Source: Terriglobia bacterium
GTDB taxonomy: Bacteria > Acidobacteriota > Terriglobia > Acidiferrales > UBA7541
NCBI GenBank assembly: GCA_963695545.1
Contig: OY968796.1
Span: forward strand, 1,600,001-1,664,000
Length of the DNA stretch: 64,000 bases
Reading direction: 5' to 3'
Below the pieces are notes generated by a model. That model saw only the letters and a program-made list of their open reading frames with translations. It searched no databases and had not been told where the DNA came from. Made by a program: the position numbers and the translations under genes. Positions 41,977 to 52,092 of this stretch are shown here, in pieces (positions within the stretch are counted from its first letter, which is position 1; the number at the start of each line of letters is the position of its first letter).

Positions 41977-44289
41977 ATGGATGGAATCAGTCGGCCGCTA
42001 GCTCCGCGGGGGCGGGGCGTCGGCGCGATCGAGGCGGTTTCATCTCGCGCGCCCGTTTCGCCGCTGGACGTCTTGCCGCGCCAGCCGCGTCTAGGCGACT
42101 ACGTTCTGATTCTACGAAAGCACAAGTGGCTGATTCTGTCGTTTGTCCTGACGGCGGTCACAATCGTGACCGTCACCACGGTAAGGATGCAGCCTGTCTA
42201 CGAAGCGACGGCGCGAATCGAGATTGACCGCGAGAATACGAACCTGACGAATTTCACGGGCAACGGGGCTGGCGCCGAATACGAAGACTCCGACGACATG
42301 GACGATTACATTGAAACCCAGTCCAAAATCCTCATGAGTGAGACCGTTGCTCTCGAGACCATTCGATCGGTCGGCCTGCAAAACGATCCGGAGTTCGGAG
42401 GCCAATCGGACAAGCCGGCGGTCGATGCATCGTCCGGGGGCGCCAATCAGCCGCGTCCCGCCGCTCTCAGCGTGTTTTTGAGTAATTTGAGCGTTACGCG
42501 TGTGCCGAATAGCCAACTGCTGGACGTTACATTTGCGGCCCACGACCCGCAATTGGCTGCGCGAGTGGTAAATGCACAGATCAGCAATTTCATTGAGCAA
42601 AACTTCCGAAGTAAATTCGAGGCTACGACGCAGGCTTCCAACTGGCTTGCTGGCCAGCTCGATGAAATGAAGGTCAAGGTGGAAAACTCCGAAAACGCCA
42701 CCCTGGCTTATGAGCGCGAAAACCAAATCTGGACCGTTGACCAGAATCAGGACATCAGCACCGAGAAATTGGGGGAAATCGAAAAGGAGCTGACCGACGC
42801 CGAAAGTGACCGTATCAGCAAGGAAGCTGTCTATCAATTGGCCCAGGCGGGCAACTACGACGCCATTCCTGCCGTGCGCGAAAGTCCGGTTATCCAGGAC
42901 CTTCTCAAACAAGAGGGCCAGCTCAATGCCGACTACGCCGATGCACTCGCGCAATATGGACCGAAGTTTCCCAAAGTGATCCGATTGCAGGCACAAATCA
43001 AACAGCTCGACGACATGATTGGCCGCGAGAAACAGAACATTGCGAACCAAGTGGAGGCCGAGTATCGCGGTGCCAGCCAACGCGAGATGCTCTTGCAGCA
43101 GGCCCTGGACGCTCAAAAGACTGAAGCCAATTCTGCTGCCGAAAAACTGGTCCAGTACAGCATCCTGAAGCGCGAGGCGGATACGGACAAAGATCTGTAC
43201 GACGGCATGTTGCAGAAACTGAAGGAAGCCGGAATCCAGGCGGGTTTGCGTTCTTCGAATATTCGCGTGGTGGACCCCGCCTTGGTGCCCTCGGAGCCAT
43301 CACGACCGCAGAAGGCCCGCAATATCCTGCTGGGCCTGCTGGTAGGTCTGGTGGGAGGAATAGGTTTGGCATTCGCCCGCGAGTATATGGACAACACTAT
43401 AAAGTTACCGGACGACATCGAAATGCTTGTGGGGTTGCCTTCCCTGGCAGTCGTCCCTGCGTTTGCTGCCGGCAATGGGGACGGGAACCGCCGAATGTCC
43501 CGCCTGCTTGGGTCCGGATCAAATGGCGCGAAGGAGTGTCGTGTCGAGTTGGTTTCTCACAATCTGCCCCAATCGCACATGTCGGAGGCCTTCCGCTCCC
43601 TTCGAACTTCTCTTCTATTGTCGCAAGCAGAACACCCTCCTCAGGTCATCCTAATGACCAGCTCCCTGCCGCGCGAGGGCAAGACTACGTGCGCCGTCAA
43701 TCTGGCTGTGACGCTGGCGCAACTGGGTGATCGGACATTGCTCGTGGATGCGGATTTGCGAAAGCCGGGGATCAACCGAGCCCTCAGCTTAGTGGATGGA
43801 AAGCACGCGGGGCTTAGCTCATATTTGGCAGGAGTCTCTTCGCTAGATTTGATCACCGTGCCTCACCCGGCAATTAGCAATTTGGCGGCGATTCCCACTG
43901 GCCCGATTCCGCCTAACCCCGCCGATCTCCTATCTTCGCGCCGCTTGGCCGAACTGATTCAAGAATTGCGCAAGCGGTACAAATTCGTGGTTATCGATTC
44001 GCCGCCGATCATGGCGGCCACCGACGCGGTGATCCTGTCGGTTTTGGTGGACGGCGTACTCATCGTGGCGCGCAGCCATGAGACGCCGAAGGAGGCCTTC
44101 ACACGCGCGCGCGATCTTCTGGTATCGGTGAACAGTCGGATTCTCGGCGCGGTGTTGAACGCTGTAGATTCGAACGCGCCCAATTATTACTACTCGTATC
44201 GGTACTATCCCTATCCCTCCGGCGAATCGAGGAAAGACCGGGAAGAGGATTCGACTGATTCTGATCAGTCTCGTGCGGTTGGCTTATAA
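41977..44289 (+). CDS. Wzc-like polysaccharide co-polymerase / tyrosine autokinase
   Basis: Two TMs around a coiled-coil, SEAFRSLRT, SSLPREGKT, VDADLRKP, VIDSPP and a C-terminal Tyr cluster NYYYSYRYY. Confidence 0.93.
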   Translation: MDGISRPLAPRGRGVGAIEAVSSRAPVSPLDVLPRQPRLGDYVLILRKHKWLILSFVLTAVTIVTVTTVRMQPVYEATARIEIDRENTNLTNFTGNGAGAEYEDSDDMDDYIETQSKILMSETVALETIRSVGLQNDPEFGGQSDKPAVDASSGGANQPRPAALSVFLSNLSVTRVPNSQLLDVTFAAHDPQLAARVVNAQISNFIEQNFRSKFEATTQASNWLAGQLDEMKVKVENSENATLAYERENQIWTVDQNQDISTEKLGEIEKELTDAESDRISKEAVYQLAQAGNYDAIPAVRESPVIQDLLKQEGQLNADYADALAQYGPKFPKVIRLQAQIKQLDDMIGREKQNIANQVEAEYRGASQREMLLQQALDAQKTEANSAAEKLVQYSILKREADTDKDLYDGMLQKLKEAGIQAGLRSSNIRVVDPALVPSEPSRPQKARNILLGLLVGLVGGIGLAFAREYMDNTIKLPDDIEMLVGLPSLAVVPAFAAGNGDGNRRMSRLLGSGSNGAKECRVELVSHNLPQSHMSEAFRSLRTSLLLSQAEHPPQVILMTSSLPREGKTTCAVNLAVTLAQLGDRTLLVDADLRKPGINRALSLVDGKHAGLSSYLAGVSSLDLITVPHPAISNLAAIPTGPIPPNPADLLSSRRLAELIQELRKRYKFVVIDSPPIMAATDAVILSVLVDGVLIVARSHETPKEAFTRARDLLVSVNSRILGAVLNAVDSNAPNYYYSYRYYPYPSGESRKDREEDSTDSDQSRAVGL

Positions 44290-44325
44290 GTTGCTGTCAA
44301 CTGGTTTTCGACGGGAGGAATTAGA

Positions 44326-45333
44326 GTGCGTTACCTAATCACCGGGGGCGCGGGGTTCATCGGCTCTCACCTTGCTGAGCGGCTGCTCGATCGGGGAGAC
44401 GAAGTCCTGATCCTGGACAATCTTTCCACCGGAGGCATGGAGAATATCCGGCACCTGAAAGTTCAGGATCGAATGCACTACTACCTCGATGGACTCGAAA
44501 ACCGGCCCTTGCTCGCGGAGTTGGTGGACGAAGCCGACGTGATCTTTCACCTGGCGGCCGCCGTCGGCGTTCGGCTGATCGTCGAAAGCCCGGTGCGTAC
44601 GATCGAGACCAACGTCAACGGAACGCAGAATGTGCTGGAAGCGGCTGCCAAGAAACGAAAGCTGGTGATCTGTGCTTCGACGTCCGAGGTGTACGGCAAG
44701 AGCACTCAGGTGCCGTTCACGGAAGACGCCGACCTGGTGATGGGAGCGACGACCAAGGGGCGATGGAGCTATGCGGCCTCGAAGGCTCTCGACGAATTTC
44801 TGGCGCTCGCGTATTGGAAGGAGAAAGACCAGCCGGTGATTGTGCTGCGATTATTCAACACCGTGGGCCCGCGGCAGAGCGGCCGCTACGGCATGGTGAT
44901 GCCCAATTTCGTGCGCCAAGCGCTCGACGGCGCGCCGATCACCGTTTATGGATCGGGGAAACAGTCTCGCTGCTTCTGCGACGTGCGCGACACTGTGGAA
45001 TCCATGCTGCGCCTGGCCGCGACCGACGCCGCGGTGGGAGAAGTAGTGAACATTGGAAACGACCACGAGATCACGATCGAGGAACTGGCTCACCTGGTGA
45101 AGGAACAGACGGGCAGCGCTTCGCCGATCGTGCGCGTTCCATACGACCAAGCCTACGAGCCCGGCTTCGAGGACATGTTCCGGCGGGTACCGTCGCTCGT
45201 GAAACTCGAGCGGCTGACGGGGTTCCGGCCGCGGACGCCGCTTGCGGAAATTATCGCGCGGGTGATCGCATATTTGGAGAAGAGGCGAGAGTTTGTAGGC
45301 ACGCCTCGTGAGCTGGCTCAAGGCGCAAATTAG
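44326..45333 (+). CDS. NAD-dependent epimerase/dehydratase
   Basis: GTG after GGGAGG. ITGGAGFIG, HLAAAVGV, STSEVYGK, WSYAASK and FNTVGPRQ. Confidence 0.9.
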   Translation: MRYLITGGAGFIGSHLAERLLDRGDEVLILDNLSTGGMENIRHLKVQDRMHYYLDGLENRPLLAELVDEADVIFHLAAAVGVRLIVESPVRTIETNVNGTQNVLEAAAKKRKLVICASTSEVYGKSTQVPFTEDADLVMGATTKGRWSYAASKALDEFLALAYWKEKDQPVIVLRLFNTVGPRQSGRYGMVMPNFVRQALDGAPITVYGSGKQSRCFCDVRDTVESMLRLAATDAAVGEVVNIGNDHEITIEELAHLVKEQTGSASPIVRVPYDQAYEPGFEDMFRRVPSLVKLERLTGFRPRTPLAEIIARVIAYLEKRREFVGTPRELAQGAN

Positions 45334-45585
45334 ACTCATTCGCTTGCTCGCCGGACACTGGTCAGGACCCGCCGAGGAGTGATCGGGTCGGAACGACCGA
45401 TCATTCACCCGGTTCGACACACGCCGCACGCAAGAATGCCTGGTGCATGTGAACATAATGGCATTTGCCTGCTATTCCCGTGAGCGCCGGCTCCCGTGGG
45501 GAGAGGCGGCGGGACTTTCGATACTCTGAAACTTCGGTTTCGTGTTTCAATGGAGCGTGAATCGAGTGCTTGTGCCCCGCCAACA

Positions 45586-46449
45586 ATGAGCGGATGTTCC
45601 GAACAAATTGTTGCGCATCACACCGTTCCGCCTCCGGTGACGCGCATTGCGCCGCGTGCCGGATGGTTCGCGCTCGACCTGCGCGAAATCTGGGACTACC
45701 GCGAGCTGCTCTATTTCTTCGTCTGGCGCGATCTGAAGGTGCGCTACAAGCAGACCGCGATCGGCGCCGCGTGGGCCGTGCTTCAGCCGCTGCTGACGAT
45801 GATGGTGTTCAGTCTATTCTTCGGCAAGCTGGCGAAAATGAGCACGGAGGGATTACCTCCTCAGATTTTCTATTATTGCGGGCTGCTACCGTGGACCTAC
45901 TTCGCGACGTCCATGCAGAATGCCACGGCCATCGTGGTTGACCAGCAGCGGGTGATCACCAAGATTTATTTTCCGCGCGTGATTCTGCCGATATCGTCGA
46001 TCCTCTCGCCGCTGGTGGATTTAGCGATTTCGTTCGTGATGTTCATTGTGTTGATGGTGTGGTTTCGCATCGTTCCGACGCGCGATCTGGTGTGGCTGCC
46101 GGCATTCCTGTTGCTGGCTGTGCTCACGGCGCTGGGCGCCGGGCTGTGGCTTTCGGCGTTGAACGCGTTGTATCGGGACGTTCGCTACGTTGTCCCGTTT
46201 CTGGTGCAGTTCTGGCTGTTCGCTTCGCCGATCGCCTATTCCAGTTCGATCGTGCCGCAGCGCTGGCGCTTGCTCTACGGGCTAAATCCAATGGCGGGCG
46301 TCGTGGAGGGTTTTCGCTGGTCGCTCACGGGGCGCGGCCAGCCGCCTGGCGTGCTCGCGGCCGCGTCAACGGGTGCGGTTATCCTCGTGGTGCTGGGCGG
46401 ATTGATGTATTACCACGTGATGGAGAGCACCATCGCCGACGTGGTCTAA
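45586..46449 (+). CDS. ABC-2 type polysaccharide transporter permease (Wzm-like)
   Basis: YRELLYFFVWRDLKVRYKQT..G..WAVLQP, KIYFPR, YRDV, LNPM and IADVV. Start codon uncertain. Confidence 0.92.
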   Translation: MSGCSEQIVAHHTVPPPVTRIAPRAGWFALDLREIWDYRELLYFFVWRDLKVRYKQTAIGAAWAVLQPLLTMMVFSLFFGKLAKMSTEGLPPQIFYYCGLLPWTYFATSMQNATAIVVDQQRVITKIYFPRVILPISSILSPLVDLAISFVMFIVLMVWFRIVPTRDLVWLPAFLLLAVLTALGAGLWLSALNALYRDVRYVVPFLVQFWLFASPIAYSSSIVPQRWRLLYGLNPMAGVVEGFRWSLTGRGQPPGVLAAASTGAVILVVLGGLMYYHVMESTIADVV

Positions 46450-46508
46450 CTGATGATGATGTGGCGTGACGGGGCGAGCGGATTTTAGCCGGGGCCAGGA
46501 GAATCGTT

Positions 46509-47309
46509 TTGTCGCAGAAGACCGTATTCGATTCGCCCAACACGGTTCGTTTCAACCAGGCTCGGCGAGATCGGCTGGCGGAGCTGCTGCCCGTGTGGCA
46601 GAAAGAGCTCGGATTGAAGACGGCCATGGACGTGGGTTGCGGCTTCGGATATTTCTCCGCGCTGCTTGTCGAACTGGGATTTGAGACGAGCGCCATCGAG
46701 GGCCGCGCCGAAAATGCGGCTGAGGCGCGCGTGCGCGTGCCCGGACTTCGCGTGCAAGTCGCCGACGCCGAGGCTGATTCGCTCCGCGAAGCGGGTGCGT
46801 ACGATCTGGTGCTGGGCCTTGGATTGCTCTATCACCTCGAGAATCCGTTCCGCGCGATCCGCAATCTTTACGCGCTCACGAAGCACATTCTGATCATCGA
46901 TAGCATGTGCGTGCCGGCAAAATTACCCGTGCTGCATCTGCGCGAAGAGAATTCGGCGGCGGAAGATCAGGGGCTGACTCCGGCCGTTTTCTATCCATCG
47001 GAGGCGTGCCTGGTGAAGATGCTTTATCGCGCGGGTTTTTCCACGGTGGGGCGCCCCGCGCGATTGCCGGATCATCCTGAATTTTACGGCACGCGGAAGC
47101 AGAAAAAAGTACGCACAATGCTGGTGGCCGCACGCTCGGCGTTTCCATCGCCGTTCCTGGTGCCGCTGGCTGAGCCGCGCGGCTGGGACGATCCGTGGGC
47201 CAGGGCCTGGCGCAGGCCGTTCGGCGGGCGGTTGCGCGGCATCGAAAAGACGCTTCGGCATTATGTTCGCGGGCGCCGCGCGCCCAATGCGCCGCGGGAT
47301 AAACGATGA
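46509..47309 (+). CDS. Class I SAM-dependent methyltransferase
   Basis: TTG after AGGAG, MDVGCGFG and GLLYHLENP. Confidence 0.85.
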   Translation: MSQKTVFDSPNTVRFNQARRDRLAELLPVWQKELGLKTAMDVGCGFGYFSALLVELGFETSAIEGRAENAAEARVRVPGLRVQVADAEADSLREAGAYDLVLGLGLLYHLENPFRAIRNLYALTKHILIIDSMCVPAKLPVLHLREENSAAEDQGLTPAVFYPSEACLVKMLYRAGFSTVGRPARLPDHPEFYGTRKQKKVRTMLVAARSAFPSPFLVPLAEPRGWDDPWARAWRRPFGGRLRGIEKTLRHYVRGRRAPNAPRDKR

Positions 47310-48670
47310 CGGAAACGAAGAGCATTTCGGTCGTGGGGCTCGGCAAGCTGGGCGCGCCGATGGCGGCGGCTTTGGCGGCCAAGGGATTGACTGTTGTTGG
47401 CGTGGATGCGGATGCGGCGAAGGTCGAAGCGATCCGCGACGGACGGGCGCCCGTGTTTGAACCGGAGCTTGCGGAAACGATTCGCGTGGCGGGCAGCCGG
47501 CTCACGGCCACTTCGGACGTGGCCGAGGCCGTGGCTTCGACGGACACCACGTTCATCGTTGTGGCCACGCCTTCGGAACCTTCCGGCAGCTTTTCTTTGC
47601 GTTACGTGTTGCCAGTTTGCGAAGCCATCGGCGATGTGATTGCGCGGAAGCGCGAACCGCATCTGGTGGTGATCACGAGCACGGTGATGCCCGGAATGAC
47701 CGGCGGTCCGATCAGGGAAACTCTGGAGCGCGCGAGCGGGAAGCGTGCGGGCCGCGATTTCGGATTGTGTTACGGTCCCGAATTTATCGCGCTCGGCAGC
47801 GTGATTCATGATTTTCTGAATCCGGATTTTCTGCTCATCGGCGAATCCGATCCGGCCACCGGTGAACGCCTCGAGGCGCTCTATGACCGCGTTTGCGAAA
47901 ATCGGCCCGCGGTTGTGCGCATGAATTTCGTGAACGCGGAAATCGCCAAGCTTTCGGTGAATACCTTCGTCACTACGAAGATCACTTTCGCCAACATGCT
48001 GGCGCGTATCTGCGAGCGTCTGCCGGAAGCGGACGTGGATGTGGTCACGCGCGCCCTGGGTCTCGACACGCGCATCGGCGGAAAATATTTGAAGGGCGCG
48101 GTGAGCTACGGCGGACCGTGTTTTCCGCGGGACAATCTGGCGCTCGCCGCCCTGGCAACCGAAGTCGGCGCGTCGGCGGACCTTGCGCAGGCCACGCACC
48201 GATTCAATCGCGCGCAAATCTCGTGGCTCGCGGATCGCGTGGTCGAGAGCCTGGCGCCGGGGCAAACGGCCGGCGTGCTCGGATTAACGTATAAGCCGAA
48301 CACCGATGTTGTGGAGGAGGCGGTCGGCCTGCTTCTCGCTCAGGAACTTATCGCGCGCGGTGTGCCGCTCGTCGTCTTCGATCCGCAAGGTGCGCGAAAT
48401 TCCGCGTCGGCGCTCGGGCCGGGCGCGCGTCTGGCGGCTACGGCCGAAGAATGCATCGCGGAATCAGCGGTCGTGGTGGTGGCCACGCCTTGGCCGGAGT
48501 TCGCGCGCATCACGGCAGAACGATGGGAGTGCCGCGATGCGCCGCGCATCGTACTCGATTGCTGGCGCGCGCTGCCGCATTTGGCCGGGCGCGGAGGGAT
48601 TGTGCGCATGGCGCTTGGCGTTGGCGCTGCGCCGGAGGCATCGGTGAATCAAAAGGCGGCCCGGCGTTGA
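47306..48670 (+). CDS. UDP-glucose/GDP-mannose dehydrogenase family protein
   Basis: VVGLGKLG, ITSTVMPG, PEFIALG, KLSVN, YGGPCFPRD and GLTYKPNTD. Confidence 0.93.
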   Translation: MTETKSISVVGLGKLGAPMAAALAAKGLTVVGVDADAAKVEAIRDGRAPVFEPELAETIRVAGSRLTATSDVAEAVASTDTTFIVVATPSEPSGSFSLRYVLPVCEAIGDVIARKREPHLVVITSTVMPGMTGGPIRETLERASGKRAGRDFGLCYGPEFIALGSVIHDFLNPDFLLIGESDPATGERLEALYDRVCENRPAVVRMNFVNAEIAKLSVNTFVTTKITFANMLARICERLPEADVDVVTRALGLDTRIGGKYLKGAVSYGGPCFPRDNLALAALATEVGASADLAQATHRFNRAQISWLADRVVESLAPGQTAGVLGLTYKPNTDVVEEAVGLLLAQELIARGVPLVVFDPQGARNSASALGPGARLAATAEECIAESAVVVVATPWPEFARITAERWECRDAPRIVLDCWRALPHLAGRGGIVRMALGVGAAPEASVNQKAARR

Positions 48671-48720
48671 CTGCCGCCGAAGAGGGCGCCCGGACCGCGG
48701 CGAGCGCGTTCCTACAACGA

Positions 48721-48855
48721 ATGGACACGTCCACGCATAAAGGCATCCGCGTCCTGATTGAGGCCTACAGTCATCAGCGGTTCGCCGAAAGAGGCGTCGC
48801 CGGCGCGCTCAATCAAGATGCGCTCGGGATCGGCCCGTTCGTGGTGGAAAAATAG
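48721..48855 (+). pseudogene. Degenerate N-terminal remnant of a GT2 glycosyltransferase
   Basis: IRVLIEAYSHQRFAERGVAGALNQD resembles the GT2 start (VLIxxYNHxxFIxxAVxSxLxQD) but stops after 44 aa. Confidence 0.45.
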
Positions 48856-49854
48856 ATGCAGCGAAGGGCGCTCGATCTTCTGAACTGTCCGTCGTGCCAA
48901 TGCGCGCTCTCCGTAGCAGAAGTTGTCCAAGAGGATGCGTCGACCGGAAATATTGTGGGAGGTCAACTGCAATGCTCCGGGTGCGCCAAGCGCTTTCCGA
49001 TTCTTCGCAGCGTGCCGCGATTTGTGCCGGCGGAAAATTATGCGTCTTCTTTTGGATTTCAGTGGCAGCGTTTCCAGCGGCTTCAAATCGATAAGGTCAT
49101 GAAGAATAATTTTAGCCGCGACCGTTTTGTCGCCGCGACCAAGTGGCCGGCCCGGCTGGAGGGTGAAAAAATCCTCGAAGTCGGAAGCGGAGCGGGCCGC
49201 TTCACGCAGCTCGCGCTGGAGACCGGAGCGGATGTCTATTCGTTCGACCTCAGCGATGCCGTGGATGCGAACTATGCGAATCACGGAAGCGAACCGAATC
49301 TCCATTTGTTTCAGGCGAGCATCTACGAAATTCCCGTGCGCCGGAGGTCGTTCGATCGCGTATTTTGCCTAGGCGTACTGCAGCATTGCCCGGACGTCAA
49401 GAAAGCCTTTATGAGCTTGGTTCCGCTTGTACGGCCTGGCGGCGAAATCATCGTCGATTGCTACGAGTTGCAAAAGGGGATTCCTCCGCTGAAATATTGG
49501 GCCCGGCCGTTTGCGAAACACATGAAAACCCTAACGATCTACAAGTTGCTGAGCTGGACGATCCCTCCGGCCTTTGAAGTGAAAAAGGCGCTGCATCACA
49601 TTCCCAAAATTGGGCCCACGGTCGCCAGAATAATTCCTATCGGGCCGATCTCCCACGCGCCACGATTGAACTACACCGACGCTGAATTGAAGCAGGTGAA
49701 AATCTTGAGCGCACTGGATATGATTTCCCCGAAGTACGATCAGCCACAACGAGTCGAAGACGTGCGCCGGTGGTTTGAGGAAGCCGGGCTGGTCGAGATA
49801 AGAACCTGGATCGAATATAACGGAATCAACGCGAGAGGCCGTTGCCCGGCGTGA
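48856..49854 (+). CDS. SAM-dependent methyltransferase with Trm112-like N-terminal domain
   Basis: LLNCPSC...LQCSGC..FPI...VPRF, SFGFQW, LEVGSGAG and GVLQH. Confidence 0.88.
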   Translation: MQRRALDLLNCPSCQCALSVAEVVQEDASTGNIVGGQLQCSGCAKRFPILRSVPRFVPAENYASSFGFQWQRFQRLQIDKVMKNNFSRDRFVAATKWPARLEGEKILEVGSGAGRFTQLALETGADVYSFDLSDAVDANYANHGSEPNLHLFQASIYEIPVRRRSFDRVFCLGVLQHCPDVKKAFMSLVPLVRPGGEIIVDCYELQKGIPPLKYWARPFAKHMKTLTIYKLLSWTIPPAFEVKKALHHIPKIGPTVARIIPIGPISHAPRLNYTDAELKQVKILSALDMISPKYDQPQRVEDVRRWFEEAGLVEIRTWIEYNGINARGRCPA

Positions 49855-49891
49855 GAATCAGAATTTGCTGCCCCGCGGCCTTGACCATTCC

Positions 49892-50992
49892 ATGATTGCG
49901 CTTATGGGACGGCTCGATACCACAGCCGACGGCGTCGATGACTATTGCAAATTTCTGGGCCACGCACTCGCGCGGCGTGGCGTCACGCTCACGCGGCTGC
50001 ACCTCGCGTGGAACAACGACGGATGGTTCCGTGCTCTGCAGCGCCTTTGGCGAGACAGCGCCGATTGGCAGGGGCAATGGGTCTTGCTGCAATACACGGC
50101 GCTTAGTTGGTCGCGCCGCGGCTTTCCTTTCGGCGTGCTGGCTGCCGCCGCCATTCTGCGACGGCGCGGCGCGCGTTGCGCCGTCGTGTTTCACGAAGGC
50201 ACTGGTTTCGGAGGCACGCGCTTGCGAGAGCGCGTTCGCAACGCGTGCCAGATGTCGGTTCTGCGCGGGCTTCATCGCGGATGCGATCGGAATGTTTTCA
50301 CAAATCCGCTCGACACGATTGCCTGGTTGAAGCCGGTCCGCGCGGATCGCGTTGCTTCGAAAATTCAGGATCGATCGGCATTCATCCCGATCGGGGCAAA
50401 TATCCCGGTGTGCAGCGAGCGCCGATTCCAGCCCAGCTCCCTGGACCAAGAAAAAAGAGTGATCGTATTTAGCTTCGCTAGCCGTCCCGCTGTCCATATC
50501 GAAGTTGCGGACATCGCGAGCGTCGCGCACGACGCGAGCAAGGCGATTCCGAATTTGCGTTTTGTTGTTTTAGGCCGCGGGTCGAACGATGTGCGCGAGG
50601 ATCTGGCGGACGCGTTTCAGGGTTGTTCGGCCGTCCTGGACGTGCGCGGCGTCTTACCGGCGGAGGAGATTGCGCGTGAGTTTTGCCGCGGTGATGCCCT
50701 CCTGTTTGTTCGCGGCGCCGTCGTGCTGCAGCGTGGGGCCGCGATGGCCGGCATTTGCAGTGGGCTTCCGATTGTCGGGTACGGAATCGGGGAGCGCAGC
50801 GGGCCGATCGCTGAGATAGGCGTCGAATGGTCGACTTGGCGCGATGCGAAGTCGCTGTCGCGAAACTTAATCCGAGTTCTGACCGATTCCCAGCGCTGGA
50901 CGGAACTGCATGAACGAAATGTGCGCGCTCAGCAGAAATATTTTTCGTGGGATCGGATTGCGGAGCGCTTCTTAGAAGTCTTGGCGGATTGA
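49892..50992 (+). CDS. GT-B (GT4-like) glycosyltransferase
   Basis: DGVDDYC, IPIGANIP, GLPIVGY and FSWDRIAERF. Confidence 0.8.
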   Translation: MIALMGRLDTTADGVDDYCKFLGHALARRGVTLTRLHLAWNNDGWFRALQRLWRDSADWQGQWVLLQYTALSWSRRGFPFGVLAAAAILRRRGARCAVVFHEGTGFGGTRLRERVRNACQMSVLRGLHRGCDRNVFTNPLDTIAWLKPVRADRVASKIQDRSAFIPIGANIPVCSERRFQPSSLDQEKRVIVFSFASRPAVHIEVADIASVAHDASKAIPNLRFVVLGRGSNDVREDLADAFQGCSAVLDVRGVLPAEEIAREFCRGDALLFVRGAVVLQRGAAMAGICSGLPIVGYGIGERSGPIAEIGVEWSTWRDAKSLSRNLIRVLTDSQRWTELHERNVRAQQKYFSWDRIAERFLEVLAD

Positions 50993-51150
50993 TGCGCTGA
51001 TCACCCGACGGGAGTCGGAGCGGCCAGTTTCATAACGCCGCGAGCAGGCCCGATGGCTGATGTACAATCACATCCAGTTTCAAGGCGGCAAAGACAATTT
51101 CCAGTGGATACTCCCGAGGCGATGAAGCCGCCGGTCGCTGTCTCAGACAG

Positions 51151-52092
51151 GTGCAACGCTTGAATCCGCAGAAGAGTTCTTCGTTTTCGCGAAATGTCGT
51201 CAATGGAGTGGGGAGAGCCTTGGCGACCGTGCAGTTTCGCGGGAAAGGAAGATTGATGATCTGGATGGGAGGCGTGGCCAGCCGATTCACGCCCGATGCG
51301 GATTGTCACCCGGTTGCGGGCGCGCGCGTCAGCGTTTCATTGAACGATCGTGTCGGGCGATGGATGTGGGCGGGCTGCTATGAATTGGAATTGGTGGCGC
51401 TTCTCAAGCAGTTGCTAGATGCGGGCATGACGTTTGTAGATGTCGGGGCGCAAATTGGCTATTTCTCGATCATCGCCGCCGCGCTGGTCGCTGAACGCGG
51501 AATGGTTCACTCGTTCGAGCCCGATCCGGATAACTTCGCAAGGCTGTCGGCGAATTCCCGCGGTTACCCGCGGGTCGCTGCCCATAATTCTGCTGTGGGC
51601 GATCGCACGGGCGAAATCGATTTCTATCGCAGTCCGATCAAGAGCGAATCCGGCTGGGGAGCGCTGTTCAATGAAGATGGCAAGCGCGAGCGGGTTTCGG
51701 CCCAGATCTGTACCCTGGACAGTTGGGCGTCGGCGGCGGGAATCGAACGCATCGACCTGCTTAAGATGGATGTGGAAGGCGCGGAGTACCGCGTTCTGGA
51801 AGGGGCGCAGGCGGTGATCGCAAAAACGCGTCCAGTGATGTGGTTGGAGGCGAATGAAGTGTGTCTTGCGCGCGACGGAAAATCGACGGCGATGCTGCTG
51901 CAGCGCCTGACTGGATGGGCTTACTTGACGCACGGTGTCTGGGACAAGCGCACCCGCGCGATGGAGAATATCGTGGCCATTCCCAGGGAGCGTGCCGATC
52001 TGATCGAGAAACTCGGCCGTGCAAAGATTGGATTGCGACCGGTGCAGGCTGCCGGTACGGTCGACGCCACTCGCATCGTAGCAGCGCGATGA
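51151..52092 (+). CDS. FkbM family methyltransferase
   Basis: FVDVGAQIGYFS, SFEPDP and LKMDVEGAE. Start uncertain. Confidence 0.9.
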   Translation: MQRLNPQKSSSFSRNVVNGVGRALATVQFRGKGRLMIWMGGVASRFTPDADCHPVAGARVSVSLNDRVGRWMWAGCYELELVALLKQLLDAGMTFVDVGAQIGYFSIIAAALVAERGMVHSFEPDPDNFARLSANSRGYPRVAAHNSAVGDRTGEIDFYRSPIKSESGWGALFNEDGKRERVSAQICTLDSWASAAGIERIDLLKMDVEGAEYRVLEGAQAVIAKTRPVMWLEANEVCLARDGKSTAMLLQRLTGWAYLTHGVWDKRTRAMENIVAIPRERADLIEKLGRAKIGLRPVQAAGTVDATRIVAAR

